In this document: positions 37,601 through 47,746 of the stretch, piece by piece
Position numbering within the stretch: the first letter of the stretch is position 1
Layout: every line of letters begins with the position of its first letter
Assembly: GCA_038318895.1 (NCBI GenBank)
Contig: JBBQCS010000005.1
Coordinates: 14,403 to 78,402, forward strand
Length of the DNA: 64,000 bases
Reading direction: 5' to 3'
Origin: Alphaproteobacteria bacterium
Lineage (GTDB): Bacteria > Pseudomonadota > Alphaproteobacteria > UBA11222
Program-made: the position numbers and the translations under genes
The notes under the pieces: generated by a model
Told to the model about the DNA's origin: nothing
What the model saw: only the letters and a program-made list of their open reading frames with translations
Database searches by the model: none

Positions 37601-38884
37601 TTACGCCGCATCAAAGGTGATGTGCAGTTCCTTTAGCCCGCGCAATACGATGCTGGGCTCATGATGCAGGTCCGCATGACCCGGCGCCAGGCGCAGGTTT
37701 TTCATCCGTGTCAGGATGGTTCTGAACGCCAGATTCATTTCCTTGCGCGCCAGCATGGCGCCCAAGCAGTGATGTGTGCCCTGGCCAAATGCCAAATGGC
37801 GGGCCGCGTTTTTACGCCGCACGTCGAAAGTTTCTGCGCCCTCGAACTGTGCCTCGTCCCGGTTGGCGCTGGCGAACAGCAGCATCACGGCCGATCCCTT
37901 GGGCATGAATGTGCCGCCAAGCGTGGTGTCGCAGGTGGTGACGCGGAACAGACCCTGTACCGGGCCGTCAAAGCGCAATACTTCCTCGGTCAGGTTCTCG
38001 ACCAGTGACATATCGTCCAGCACCAACTGCATCTGATCCGGGTGCTGCAGCAACAGCATCATGCCCTTGGACAGTGAATTTGTGGTGGTTTCATTGCCCG
38101 CCGCCAGCAACTGATTGAGGACCGACAGCAGTTCGGGTGTACTCATCGGTTCGCCATTTTCCATCTGTGCACGGACCAGATCGGAAATAATGTCGTTGGT
38201 TGGATTGGCGCGTTTTTCTTCGATAACCGTGGCGAAATACTTCTGGAACTCCAGCATCAGTTTCGAGGCGGCAATACGCTGTTCGCGGGTGGATACGCCA
38301 CTGATCTGCTGGGTCAGCGCATCCGACCATTGTTTGAAACGGCCGATGTCACTGCGCGGCACGCCAAGCTGGTCGGCGATGATGATCATCGGCAGCGGCA
38401 CTGTAAATTGTGAAACAAATTCACATTTGCCGTCCTTGATGAAGGCGTCAATCAGTTCATCGACAAGCTGCTGAATATACGGTTCCAGCTGGTTAACGCG
38501 GGTCTGAGAAAAAACCTTGTTGATCGGATTGCGATAAAATTTGTGCTTGGGCGGATCAACCGTGATCAGCGTGGGAACGGAGGGATAGCCGCCATAGTCT
38601 TCGAACTTGGTGCGCATCTCGGGTGGAGACAATAAATCTATGACATCGCTTGAAAATGTCGCCGTGTCTTTCAGCGCCTTTACGACGTCCGGGTAGCATG
38701 TGATGGTAAAAAAACCGGCAACGGGGTCCTTGTTCACCGGCGCTTCTTCGCGCAGTTTCTTGTACGTGTGATAAGGACACTCGATGACATCCATATCGAC
38801 GAGAGTTGTTTCCGCAAGCGGCTTTTGCGCCGCCAGGCGGCCCTTTTCTTCTGCTTCCGTCCGGATCATGGCTGACTCCTGCAC
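37601..38884 (-). CDS. Cytochrome P450
   Basis: AGNETTT, EEVLR, FGQGTHHCLG. Confidence 0.95.
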   Translation of the reverse strand: MQESAMIRTEAEEKGRLAAQKPLAETTLVDMDVIECPYHTYKKLREEAPVNKDPVAGFFTITCYPDVVKALKDTATFSSDVIDLLSPPEMRTKFEDYGGYPSVPTLITVDPPKHKFYRNPINKVFSQTRVNQLEPYIQQLVDELIDAFIKDGKCEFVSQFTVPLPMIIIADQLGVPRSDIGRFKQWSDALTQQISGVSTREQRIAASKLMLEFQKYFATVIEEKRANPTNDIISDLVRAQMENGEPMSTPELLSVLNQLLAAGNETTTNSLSKGMMLLLQHPDQMQLVLDDMSLVENLTEEVLRFDGPVQGLFRVTTCDTTLGGTFMPKGSAVMLLFASANRDEAQFEGAETFDVRRKNAARHLAFGQGTHHCLGAMLARKEMNLAFRTILTRMKNLRLAPGHADLHHEPSIVLRGLKELHITFDAA

Positions 38885-39041
38885 AAGGTTGAGATATGGA
38901 GATGCGTTAGGTTTTCACCTACAATATTATCAGTAGTATGGTTGATTTTATGTTAAGACGCAAATTTCTTGTCAGAGATTTTTTCCAGATGAGCCCCAAA
39001 CGCTGCTTGCCTTCTGCACCCAGTAATCGCAAGATCGGGGC

Positions 39042-39395
39042 GTGAGCGACACCATACCCATACAGGCAGCCCGCGCCATGGCGCGGGGGACGCCCGAAAA
39101 GGTCTTCTTTGACAGGCGGGAATTGCAGGTAATCCTGCACTTGTACGGCCGTATGGTGCAGGCGGGTGAATGGCGCGATTATGCGATTGACGGGTTAAGC
39201 GACCGGGCCATTTTTTCCGTATTTCGGCGCGCCAGCGAAATGCCCGTCTTTTGCATTGTAAAACAGCCGAAACTGGCGAGCCGTCAGGGCCAATATGCGA
39301 TCACCGGCAGTGGCGGGCAAATTCTCAAGCGCGGGCGCGAACTGCCCCAGGTGCTGCGGATACTCGAGCGCAAGCTATTGAAGTTAGTGACATAA
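39042..39395 (+). CDS. DUF2794 domain-containing protein
   Basis: VFFDRRELQVILHLYGRMVQAGEWRDYAID. Confidence 0.88.
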   Translation: MSDTIPIQAARAMARGTPEKVFFDRRELQVILHLYGRMVQAGEWRDYAIDGLSDRAIFSVFRRASEMPVFCIVKQPKLASRQGQYAITGSGGQILKRGRELPQVLRILERKLLKLVT

Positions 39396-39396
39396 A

Positions 39397-39424
39397 AAAA
39401 CCCCGCAGCGTACTGCGGGGTTTT
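39397..39424. terminator. Bidirectional intrinsic terminator
   Basis: AAAACCCCGCAG-CGTA-CTGCGGGGTTTT between convergent genes. Confidence 0.85.
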
Positions 39425-39442
39425 ATGTTGCGCGAAGCCTGC

Positions 39443-40162
39443 TTAGTTGCGGTTGCCGCCCATCAGACGCAGCATCATCAAGAACAGATTCAGGAAGTCG
39501 AGGTACAGACGCAGCGCGCCCATGATCGACTTTTTGCCGGCGACCTCATGGCCATCGCCTTCATAATAGATCTGCTTGATCGACTGCGTATCGTAGGCGG
39601 TCAGACCCGTGAACACCAGTACGCCAATCACCGAGATGGCGAAATGCAGCGCAGACGACGCCAGGAAGATATTCACCACCGACGCAATAATCACGCCGAT
39701 CAGCCCCATGAACAGGAACGAGCCAAACCCTGTCAGATCCCGCTTGGTGGTATAGCCATACAGGCTAACCGCGCCAAACATACCCGCCGTAATAAAGAAC
39801 ACGCGGGTAATGCTCACCCCCGAATAGATATAGAATATGCCCGACAGCGACAGGCCAACCAGCCCCGCATAGATCCAGAACCAGGTTTGTGCGGAACTGA
39901 AGCTCATCGAGTTGATACGTGCGCTGAGGTAGAATACGACGCCCAGCGGCGCCAGCATCACCACCCAGATCAGAGGCGACCCGGCGATCTGGGGATAAAG
40001 ATCGGTGCGATACCCCAGGTAGGCAATGATACCCGTCAGGGCCAGCCCCGAAGCCATGTAATTATAGACCCGCAACATATAATCGCGCAGGCCTGCATCA
40101 ATCTGCACACCGGCGCCGCTTTGTGTCCGTGCCGACGCGATATTCCGGTCGAATTCAGCCAT
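39443..40162 (-). CDS. Bax inhibitor-1/YccA family protein
   Basis: GLRDYMLRVYNYM, YTTKRDL, GLTAYDTQ, LYLDFLNLF. Confidence 0.93.
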   Translation of the reverse strand: MAEFDRNIASARTQSGAGVQIDAGLRDYMLRVYNYMASGLALTGIIAYLGYRTDLYPQIAGSPLIWVVMLAPLGVVFYLSARINSMSFSSAQTWFWIYAGLVGLSLSGIFYIYSGVSITRVFFITAGMFGAVSLYGYTTKRDLTGFGSFLFMGLIGVIIASVVNIFLASSALHFAISVIGVLVFTGLTAYDTQSIKQIYYEGDGHEVAGKKSIMGALRLYLDFLNLFLMMLRLMGGNRN

Positions 40163-40344
40163 TTTGATTCATCTCTCTGTTAAGGAATCCCGTGATCTGC
40201 ATATTGGCATGTTTGTAGAGAAATTCAAGCAAACCCGCCGAACGTCAGGCGCCACAGCCGGGCAGCGCGCGGGAATACTAATTATTGACTAATCGAATAG
40301 TTGCGCGTACGGTTTATTATGTACATCATCAATAACACCCCTGC

Positions 40345-41607
40345 ATGAGGAAACGCATGTCCAGCCTGGATGAAAAAGGTCGTATTGCCGCCAACAAATC
40401 TCTGGATCAGATGACGCTCGTTGACATGGACGTGATCGGCTGTCCGTTTCCCGCCTATGAAAAACTGCGTCATGAAGCACCCGTATTCAAAGATCCGGCG
40501 GGTTTCTACGTTGTGTCGCGCTATGATGACATTTACAAGGCGCTGAAGGACACTGCGACTTTCTCCAGTGACTCGCTGGTGCCGCGGGAAGAATATACCC
40601 GTCCCACCCAATATGGGGGGCTGGAGCAGGTCGATACAATGATCACATCCGACCCGCCCAAGCACCGCTATTTGCGCGGCCCGCTGAACAAGCTGTTTTC
40701 CCTCTCCCGCGTCAATCAGATGGAAGCCTATGTGCAGCAGATCGTCGATGAACTGATCGACAGCTTTATTGATGACGGCCACTGCGATTTCGTGAAGCAA
40801 TATACAGTGCCCCTGCCAATGTATGTGATTGCCGATCAATTGGGGGTCCCGCGCGCCGATTTGGCGAGCTTTTCGCGCTGGTCTGATGCCTTCGCGACCC
40901 TGGTTAGCGGCTTTGCCAGTGAAGACGACAAGATTTACGCGGCAAAGCAGATCGTGGAAATGCAGGAATATTTCCTCAAAGTCATACCCGGAAAGCGCAA
41001 AAACCCTACGGATGACGTTATTTCCGACCTGATACAGGCAAAGATGGAAGACGGCCAGCCGATGCGCGATGTCGATATACTTTCAAGCATTCACCTGCTG
41101 CTGACCGCCGGGAACGAGACAACAACCAATTCTATGTCGCTGGCCATGCGTGCGCTGATCGAAAACCCGGCTCAAATGCAGGCGTTACGCGATGATCCGT
41201 CCCTGATAGACGGCTTTGTTGAGGAATCCTTGCGCTTTGACGGGCCGGTTCAGGGACTGATGCGACGCGCAACCCGGGATACTGAAATCGCAGGGGTAAA
41301 AATTCCCAAGGATTCACTGGTCAATCTGCGCTTTGGCAGCGGCAATCGCGATGAAACCAAATATCCCACGCCAGAGGAATTCGATGTCTGCCGCAAGCAT
41401 CAGGTAACCCATCTGGCGTTCGGCCAGGGTACGCATGTCTGCCTGGGGGCCAGCCTGGCGCGCAAGGAAATAAATCTTACCTTTGCAACCATACTTCGCC
41501 GCATGCGCAATATTCGCCTGGTCAATCCAAACTCCGAACATGTCTACGAACGCAATATCGCTCTGCGCTGTCTAAAACATCTGCAGATCGCATTTGATAA
41601 GGCCTAG
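40345..41607 (+). CDS. Cytochrome P450
   Basis: AGNETTT, EESLR, FGQGTHVCLG. Confidence 0.95.
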   Translation: MRKRMSSLDEKGRIAANKSLDQMTLVDMDVIGCPFPAYEKLRHEAPVFKDPAGFYVVSRYDDIYKALKDTATFSSDSLVPREEYTRPTQYGGLEQVDTMITSDPPKHRYLRGPLNKLFSLSRVNQMEAYVQQIVDELIDSFIDDGHCDFVKQYTVPLPMYVIADQLGVPRADLASFSRWSDAFATLVSGFASEDDKIYAAKQIVEMQEYFLKVIPGKRKNPTDDVISDLIQAKMEDGQPMRDVDILSSIHLLLTAGNETTTNSMSLAMRALIENPAQMQALRDDPSLIDGFVEESLRFDGPVQGLMRRATRDTEIAGVKIPKDSLVNLRFGSGNRDETKYPTPEEFDVCRKHQVTHLAFGQGTHVCLGASLARKEINLTFATILRRMRNIRLVNPNSEHVYERNIALRCLKHLQIAFDKA

Positions 41608-41622
41608 CTATGATCTGTCACG

Positions 41623-44148
41623 CTAGCCGGTGCGTAATACCGTCGCCGCTTTCTGCCCCAGTACGCGCCAGGTGGCGGCGAGGCCAAGGGAAATCGTCAG
41701 AAGAACCGTGCCGGTAAGGGTTACAACCAGTGTTCCGGGCAGGAACACAAACTCCGCATGCATAAGATAGGTAACGGTCATATAGGCGGCAACCGTACCG
41801 ATCACGCTGGCCAGGCCCGCCGCCGCCAGGCCCAGCAGGGCGTATTCCGCCGCATACGCCAATACAACCCGCGCCCGGGACGCCCCCAGCACTTTCAGCA
41901 CCACCGCATCATACAGGCGCTGCCCATGCCCTGCCGCCAGCGCCCCCGCCAGCACAAGAATGCCGGTAACCAGCGTCACCCCACCCGCGGAACGCACCGC
42001 CATGGCCAGATTGTTGAGCAACGCGTTGACCGTCTCCAGGGCTTCGCGGACCCGTACCACGGATATGCCGGGAAATTTGTCCGTCACGGCCTTATGAAAT
42101 GGCTCTTCTTCGCTCTCAACCGCGTGCGCCGTGGCGAGATAGCTATGCGGTGCGCTGGAAATCAGGCCCGGTGAAAAAATCAGCGCGAAATTCACCCCCA
42201 TGGTGGACCAATCGATGCGGCGCAGATTGGCGATGCGCGCTTCAATGTCGCGCCCCAGCACATTGACCGTCAGCGTATCGCCAACCCCAAGCCCCATGTT
42301 TGCGGCAAGGGATGCATCCAGCGACAGCAGCGGCGGCCCCGTATATTCCGGCGGCCACCATTCGCCAGCAGCGAGTTCAGTATCCTCGGGCGGCGCACTG
42401 GCAAAGCTTAGCACCCGGTCGCCGCGCAGCGCCCAGCGCGCCTCTTGCGGCACGGATTCCGGCGTTGCGGGCATGTCCTTGATGCGAACGATCCTGCCGC
42501 GCAGCGTTGGCATGCTGTCAACTTCCGATACGCCGTTAAAGCGATCCGCGAGCAGCCTGAACGCCTCGACGTCTGCAGACTGAATATCAAGGAAGAAAAA
42601 CGACGGCGCCAGGGTCGACGCCCGCTCATTTACCTGCCGTGTTATGTTGCCCTCAACCATCGCGATGGTAACCAGCAGTGACAGACCAAGGCCAAGCGAG
42701 AGTAATACCGCAGGTGCAGGGCTGCCGGGCCGATGCAGATTGGCCAGCGCCAGGCGCAATTCGGGACGTGACGGACTGGGTAATTTTCGCGCCAGCGCCA
42801 TGATCGCCGCCGCAAGCAGGCGCAACAACACGAAACTCGCCGCAATTCCGGCCACAAACCAGAATGCGAAACGCGCATCTCCCGCAATCAGAAAGGCCAG
42901 TCCCGCCAGGGCGCCCGTAAGCGCCACGGTGGCGGTAATATATTCGGGGCGCGGCCAGCGCCGGACGGGCGCAACGATATCGCGAAACAGCGCGGCGGCG
43001 GAAATTTCGCGCGCGCGCGCCAGCGGCCAGATGGCGAATATGATGGCGGTGACCAGTCCGAATATGCTGGCATATAGCAGGGGCAGGGGATAAATCGCGA
43101 ATTGCGCTGGCACCGGCAGCATATCCGCCAGTATCGACGCCAGCAGGAACGGGATCGCCGCGCCAGCCACAAGCCCAATGGCGATACCCAGAAAGGCCAG
43201 TAAAATAATCTGCGCCAGATAGGTGCGGAAAATCATGCCGCCTTCTGCGCCCAGGCATTTGAGCGTCGCGATGGTTTCACGCTTGCGCAGTAAAAAGCCG
43301 TGTACGGCATTTCCAGCGCCTACGCCGCCCACCACCAGCGCGGTTAATCCGGTCAAGGTGAGGAAAAGCGCCATTTGCTCCAGAAACTGCTGGGTGCTTG
43401 GCGCGCTGTTTTCGCGATCGCGCACCCGCCATGCAGCATCTGGGAATTTCGCGTTCAGTGCTTCCGTCCAGTTTTTCAGATCGGCGCCGGGGAGTAATTT
43501 AATACGGTAATGCCGGATCTGCAGGCTGCCCGGTTGTACAAGCCGGGTGGCGTCCAGGCTCCCAGCCGCCACCATCACACGTGGCCCCAGCGCCAGTCCG
43601 CCCGACGCACGGTCGGGCTCGCGCACGATAATACCGCGCACCTCGAAATCCTGCGCCCCAATACGCACCATGGTTCCAGTCTGTGCATTCAGGCGCAGCG
43701 CCAGCGGGCTCTCGATGACCGCACCCCAGACGCCGTTGCGCTGCGCCAGCGCGGATTGCAGCTCCATATTCTCACGCAGGCTTACCGCACCAAAAAGCGG
43801 ATAGGCGGCATCTACCGCTTTCAGTTCGACCAGGGTGCGCACATCATTGGCGTGACTTTTCGCCATGGCGCGGATGTCACGGCTCAGTGACACTTCTCCG
43901 CTCGTCTGCATATACGCCAGTTCGGCTGCGCTGGCGTCGCGATAGTTCAGTTCCAGCGCGATATCGCCACCCAGTATGGCCTGCCCCTCGCCGCGCATGC
44001 CTGCATTGATTGCTGCGCCCAGCGAACCAGCCCCCGCAATGGCCGCCACGCCAACGGCAAGACAGGCCAGAAATATATAGAAGCCATGCAGCCCGCCGCG
44101 CAGTTCACGCAGGGCAAAGCGCAGGGAAATGGGCAACTCCATACTCAC
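41623..44148 (-). CDS. ABC transporter permease, two FtsX domains (YbbP-like)
   Basis: ALRELRGG, IATLKCLGA, FFFLDIQ, LKVLGA. Confidence 0.88.
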   Translation of the reverse strand: MSMELPISLRFALRELRGGLHGFYIFLACLAVGVAAIAGAGSLGAAINAGMRGEGQAILGGDIALELNYRDASAAELAYMQTSGEVSLSRDIRAMAKSHANDVRTLVELKAVDAAYPLFGAVSLRENMELQSALAQRNGVWGAVIESPLALRLNAQTGTMVRIGAQDFEVRGIIVREPDRASGGLALGPRVMVAAGSLDATRLVQPGSLQIRHYRIKLLPGADLKNWTEALNAKFPDAAWRVRDRENSAPSTQQFLEQMALFLTLTGLTALVVGGVGAGNAVHGFLLRKRETIATLKCLGAEGGMIFRTYLAQIILLAFLGIAIGLVAGAAIPFLLASILADMLPVPAQFAIYPLPLLYASIFGLVTAIIFAIWPLARAREISAAALFRDIVAPVRRWPRPEYITATVALTGALAGLAFLIAGDARFAFWFVAGIAASFVLLRLLAAAIMALARKLPSPSRPELRLALANLHRPGSPAPAVLLSLGLGLSLLVTIAMVEGNITRQVNERASTLAPSFFFLDIQSADVEAFRLLADRFNGVSEVDSMPTLRGRIVRIKDMPATPESVPQEARWALRGDRVLSFASAPPEDTELAAGEWWPPEYTGPPLLSLDASLAANMGLGVGDTLTVNVLGRDIEARIANLRRIDWSTMGVNFALIFSPGLISSAPHSYLATAHAVESEEEPFHKAVTDKFPGISVVRVREALETVNALLNNLAMAVRSAGGVTLVTGILVLAGALAAGHGQRLYDAVVLKVLGASRARVVLAYAAEYALLGLAAAGLASVIGTVAAYMTVTYLMHAEFVFLPGTLVVTLTGTVLLTISLGLAATWRVLGQKAATVLRTG

Positions 44149-44855
44149 TTTTCTATTATTTTCACTGGCGCCGCGCCGTTCGTCACACGCGCAATCTTTC
44201 CGTCAGTGAGATGCACGACCCGGCCGCAGCGCGCAGCGAGCGACGCATCGTGGGTGATCAGTAACAAGGTCGCGCCGGTACGGGTCTGCAAGGCGAACAT
44301 CAGTTGGATGATCTGATCGCCGGTTGCGCCATCCAGATTACCCGTAGGCTCATCCGCCAGAAGGATGCGCGGCTTTGCGGCAACGGCGCGGGCCAGCGCC
44401 ACGCGTTGTTGCTCTCCGCCCGATAGCTGTCCAGGGTAATGCCCGGCACGGTGTGTAAGACCGACAGAATCCAGAGCCTCTTGCGCGCGCGCAAACGCAT
44501 CGCGCCGGCCCGCCAGCTCCAGCGGCACGGCGACATTTTCGATTGCAGTCATGGTTGCAATCAGATGAAAGGATTGAAACACAATGCCGGTGTTATCGCG
44601 GCGGAACGCAGCAAGCTGGTCCTCATTCATTCCGCCAAGATCATGCCCGGCGACGCGCACACTACCCGAACTGGCGCGCTCCAATCCCGCCATTACCATC
44701 AGGATAGTGGATTTTCCGGAACCGCTGGGGCCAATCAGGGCTACCGCTTCGCCTTCTTGCACGCTAAGATCGACACCGCGCAGAATGTCGACTTTTCCGG
44801 CGCTGCTGTTCAGGGATAGACGCACATTCTCAAAATGAATGATTGGATCAGTCAA
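44145..44855 (-). CDS. ABC transporter ATP-binding protein (YbbA-like)
   Basis: [26 protein letters not shown]; TTG start. Confidence 0.92.
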   Translation of the reverse strand: MTDPIIHFENVRLSLNSSAGKVDILRGVDLSVQEGEAVALIGPSGSGKSTILMVMAGLERASSGSVRVAGHDLGGMNEDQLAAFRRDNTGIVFQSFHLIATMTAIENVAVPLELAGRRDAFARAQEALDSVGLTHRAGHYPGQLSGGEQQRVALARAVAAKPRILLADEPTGNLDGATGDQIIQLMFALQTRTGATLLLITHDASLAARCGRVVHLTDGKIARVTNGAAPVKIIEK

Positions 44856-45535
44856 AAACCACCACCTGCAACCGTGTGAAGTACATGTTTGAACATAGAC
44901 TTATCCAGCGCTGGATCAATGGGCCAGTCCGCTTTCTTTTTCTGGCCCTGATGTTTGTTGCAGGAACAGTGCAGGCGAAGGAGCCGCCGGTTCTCGTTGT
45001 GCTGGGGGATAGTTTGTCCGCTGGATATGGTTTGGCAGCGCAAAATGCATTTCCGCAGAAGTTGCAAAGGCATCTGACATCGCTTGGGATGGATGTGAGA
45101 GTGGAAAATGCGGGCGTCTCCGGTGACACCACCGCGGATGGTCTGGCACGGCTTGACTGGTCGGTCGGCCCCAATGCCGATGCGGTGATAATTGAGCTGG
45201 GCGCCAATGATGGGTTGCGCGGTCTCCATCCTGAACATGCTTATGCCAATCTTGACGCCATTCTAAAACACTTTCAGCTGCGCAAGCTTCCTGTGATGCT
45301 GGCCGGTATGCGTGCGCCACGCAATTTGGGAGATGAATATACTTCGGCCTTCGATGGGATTTATCCCCGGCTGGCGCAAAAATATAATGTGCCGCTGTAT
45401 CCGTTCTTTCTGGAAGGGGTGGTGAATGACCCCAAACTCAATCAGCCCGATATGCTGCATCCGACGGCAGAGGGCATAGACGTGATTGTCCGGAATATTG
45501 CACCCCAGGTGGTTGAGTTCCTGAACAGTTTATAA
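44843..45535 (+). CDS. tesA: Arylesterase / acyl-CoA thioesterase I (SGNH), TesA-like
   Basis: GDSLSAG, NAGVSGDTT, ELGANDG, DMLHP; divergent from the ybbA-like gene; start uncertain. Confidence 0.85.
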   Translation: MDQSKTTTCNRVKYMFEHRLIQRWINGPVRFLFLALMFVAGTVQAKEPPVLVVLGDSLSAGYGLAAQNAFPQKLQRHLTSLGMDVRVENAGVSGDTTADGLARLDWSVGPNADAVIIELGANDGLRGLHPEHAYANLDAILKHFQLRKLPVMLAGMRAPRNLGDEYTSAFDGIYPRLAQKYNVPLYPFFLEGVVNDPKLNQPDMLHPTAEGIDVIVRNIAPQVVEFLNSL

Positions 45536-45545
45536 GGCATAGTCA

Positions 45546-46082
45546 GTGTACAGATTATTTTCGGCCATTGCCTTGCCGGATCAGATCGCCCAACGATTTG
45601 CGTTTATGGGGGGCGGCGTACCGGGCGCGCGATGGGTTGCTGCGGAAAATCTGCATGTAACGCTGCGATTTATCGGGGACGTCGATACGCGCACTGCGGA
45701 CCAGGTTCATGCGTCGCTGCAGGAGGTGCCGTTTACCTCGTTTGATCTGGAGCTCCGCGGTATTGCAACATTTGGCGAGCGCAAACCGCGGCTTTTGTAT
45801 GTCGGCGTTGCACCCAGCGCGGAACTGAGCGCGCTGTATGCGCGGATCAACGCCGCCCATGCCCGTGCCGGGCTTGACCCGCCCAATGAGCGGCGCTATG
45901 TGCCCCATGTAACGCTGGCTCGCCTGAAGAATTCACCGCGCGATCGTATTGGGGCATTTATCGCGGCCAACAACATTCTGGCCCTGCCGGCCTTCCGCGT
46001 GGAGCAATTTGTGTTGATGTCGAGTCACCGCACAGCCAGCGGCGCCAGCTATCTGACCGAGGCGTGCTATCCGCAAAGCTAA
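45546..46082 (+). CDS. thpR: RNA 2',3'-cyclic phosphodiesterase
   Basis: Two HxT motifs (HVTLRF, HVTLAR). Confidence 0.9.
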   Translation: MYRLFSAIALPDQIAQRFAFMGGGVPGARWVAAENLHVTLRFIGDVDTRTADQVHASLQEVPFTSFDLELRGIATFGERKPRLLYVGVAPSAELSALYARINAAHARAGLDPPNERRYVPHVTLARLKNSPRDRIGAFIAANNILALPAFRVEQFVLMSSHRTASGASYLTEACYPQS

Positions 46083-46513
46083 TTCAGCGTATTCGGATGT
46101 CTCAGCGCGGCGTCCTCCATTAATTCCATGGCTTCATCCGATAGCCCGAAATGATGGCCGATCTCGTGCACCAGGACATGGGTGATGATATCGGCCAAAC
46201 TATCATCGCCTTCGCACCAGCAATCAAGGATTGGACGGCGATAGAGGAAAATCACATCCGGGCCAGAAGGCTGGTCAAGTATGCTTTTACTGCTCAGGTC
46301 AACCCCCGCATACAGCCCCAATATCTCAAACGGGCTTTCCACATCCAGATCGTTGCAGGTTTCTTCGTCCGGAAAATCCACCACCTGGATGATGATTTCG
46401 GTAATATTCTCCAGAAATTGCTGTGGCAGTCGGGCAAGCGCCGAGCTGCCGATCTCGGCAATATCGTCGAGGCTCGGGGCAGGCAGATTTGCGGACCAGT
46501 TGCTGTAAATCAT
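46079..46513 (-). CDS. Zincin-like metallopeptidase family protein
   Basis: LGLYAG, IFLYRRP, HEIGHHFG. Confidence 0.88.
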   Translation of the reverse strand: MIYSNWSANLPAPSLDDIAEIGSSALARLPQQFLENITEIIIQVVDFPDEETCNDLDVESPFEILGLYAGVDLSSKSILDQPSGPDVIFLYRRPILDCWCEGDDSLADIITHVLVHEIGHHFGLSDEAMELMEDAALRHPNTLN

Positions 46514-46591
46514 ATGGCGGTTATAGCTTAACTTGCCGCTGCTGCAAAGCAGGCGCAGTATCAGGTTGGTTAATCACAATAGGAGACGCGA

Positions 46592-46888
46592 ATGATTGAG
46601 AAATTAGGTGGTGACGACCGGAACAAGGCGCTGGCCGGCCTGGAAGGCTGGCGGGAGGTTGACGGGCGCGATGCCATTGCAAAGCAATTTCAGTTCGCTG
46701 ATTTCAATGCGGCCTTTGGCTGGATGTCGCGGGTGGCGCTGCTGGCCGAAAAAATTGACCATCACCCTGAATGGTCCAATGTTTATAATAAGGTAAACGT
46801 TACGCTCGCCACCCATGAGGCGAATGGCGTAACGTCGCGCGACGTCAAAATGGCGCAGGCTATGAACGCCTATGCGGGCGGAAAATAG
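46592..46888 (+). CDS. phhB: 4a-hydroxytetrahydrobiopterin dehydratase
   Basis: [16 protein letters not shown]. Confidence 0.9.
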   Translation: MIEKLGGDDRNKALAGLEGWREVDGRDAIAKQFQFADFNAAFGWMSRVALLAEKIDHHPEWSNVYNKVNVTLATHEANGVTSRDVKMAQAMNAYAGGK

Positions 46889-46903
46889 AGACTGCGTGAT
46901 GTT

Positions 46904-47515
46904 CTATAGCTTAATGCTGGCGCGGCGGCGTAGCGCGTGCAGGCCAAAGAGTCCGCACCCAAGCAGGCTAAGCGTCATGGGTTCAGGAATTTCAGAGGAT
47001 TGAAGGGGGGGGCCGTTATAAAATGCCCAGAGATTCATATAGGTATCACCGGTGACCCCAGGATTTGCATCAAGCCCAAGGCCGGTGAGTGTGCCGTCCA
47101 AAAATATCCATTCCGGAAAATCCCGCTCGTTCGTAACATAACTCACCCGGGCCGGATTGGTCGGTAGGAAAGCGGCCCAGATAAAATCTGAACCCGTGGG
47201 CATCATAATCGCAGCGTAACTGTCAAACTGGCCCGTCGTCGTAGATGGCAGTGTATCTAGCAGCCCATGCACCTGAGCAGAGGTGGCTACGGCAAAATCC
47301 GCCGCCGCTGCTGCCGCTGCCATGGTGTTATAGGATTCATTGCCGGAAAAGCTATCCAGGCGCAGCCAGTTGCGGTTGGTATTTTGATCAATGAACGTGC
47401 TGAAACCGTTGATAGCCGATCCAGCTATGATGGTCGCCCGGGCGGCGCCCGGCAGCATCAACAGAGATAAAACCGCCAAAGTGAAAACGCGATTGCGCGA
47501 CATACTTGCCCTCAC
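46904..47515 (-). CDS. PEP-CTERM sorting domain protein
   Basis: Signal peptide ARA|T; IPEPMTLSLLGCGLFGL + RRR. Confidence 0.88.
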   Translation of the reverse strand: MRASMSRNRVFTLAVLSLLMLPGAARATIIAGSAINGFSTFIDQNTNRNWLRLDSFSGNESYNTMAAAAAAADFAVATSAQVHGLLDTLPSTTTGQFDSYAAIMMPTGSDFIWAAFLPTNPARVSYVTNERDFPEWIFLDGTLTGLGLDANPGVTGDTYMNLWAFYNGPPLQSSEIPEPMTLSLLGCGLFGLHALRRRASIKL

Positions 47516-47685
47516 AAAACCTACCCTAAAATAGTTCCCTATAGGCTACTCATCCAGCGTATCCCTTGAATAGTCAATAAGGCATAGAAACTAACCGCTC
47601 CAACTGTGATGATGCGCACTTTTCCGGGATTTCTGATAACGGTTTAACCAAAAAAAACCCTTCAAATGTTCTGCTGATTGCGCCT

Positions 47686-47704
47686 ATAATTATGATCACA
47701 GATT
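47686..47704 (+). promoter_or_regulatory. Shared -10/operator motif, copy 2
   Basis: (T)ATAATTATGATCACAGATT. Confidence 0.72.
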
Positions 47705-47746
47705 AACCAGCTTGGGTTAATCATCCGGCCAGCAAGGGAGCGCGCC

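Noticed and set aside
37306-37614. 102-aa minus-strand ORF overlapping the P450 stop
   Set aside because: No RBS or recognisable motif; overlaps a repeat-like segment; not supportable as a CDS
37601-41607. Invertible segment bounded by the two P450 genes
   Set aside because: Paralogs are heavily diverged at synonymous sites and no recombinase is nearby
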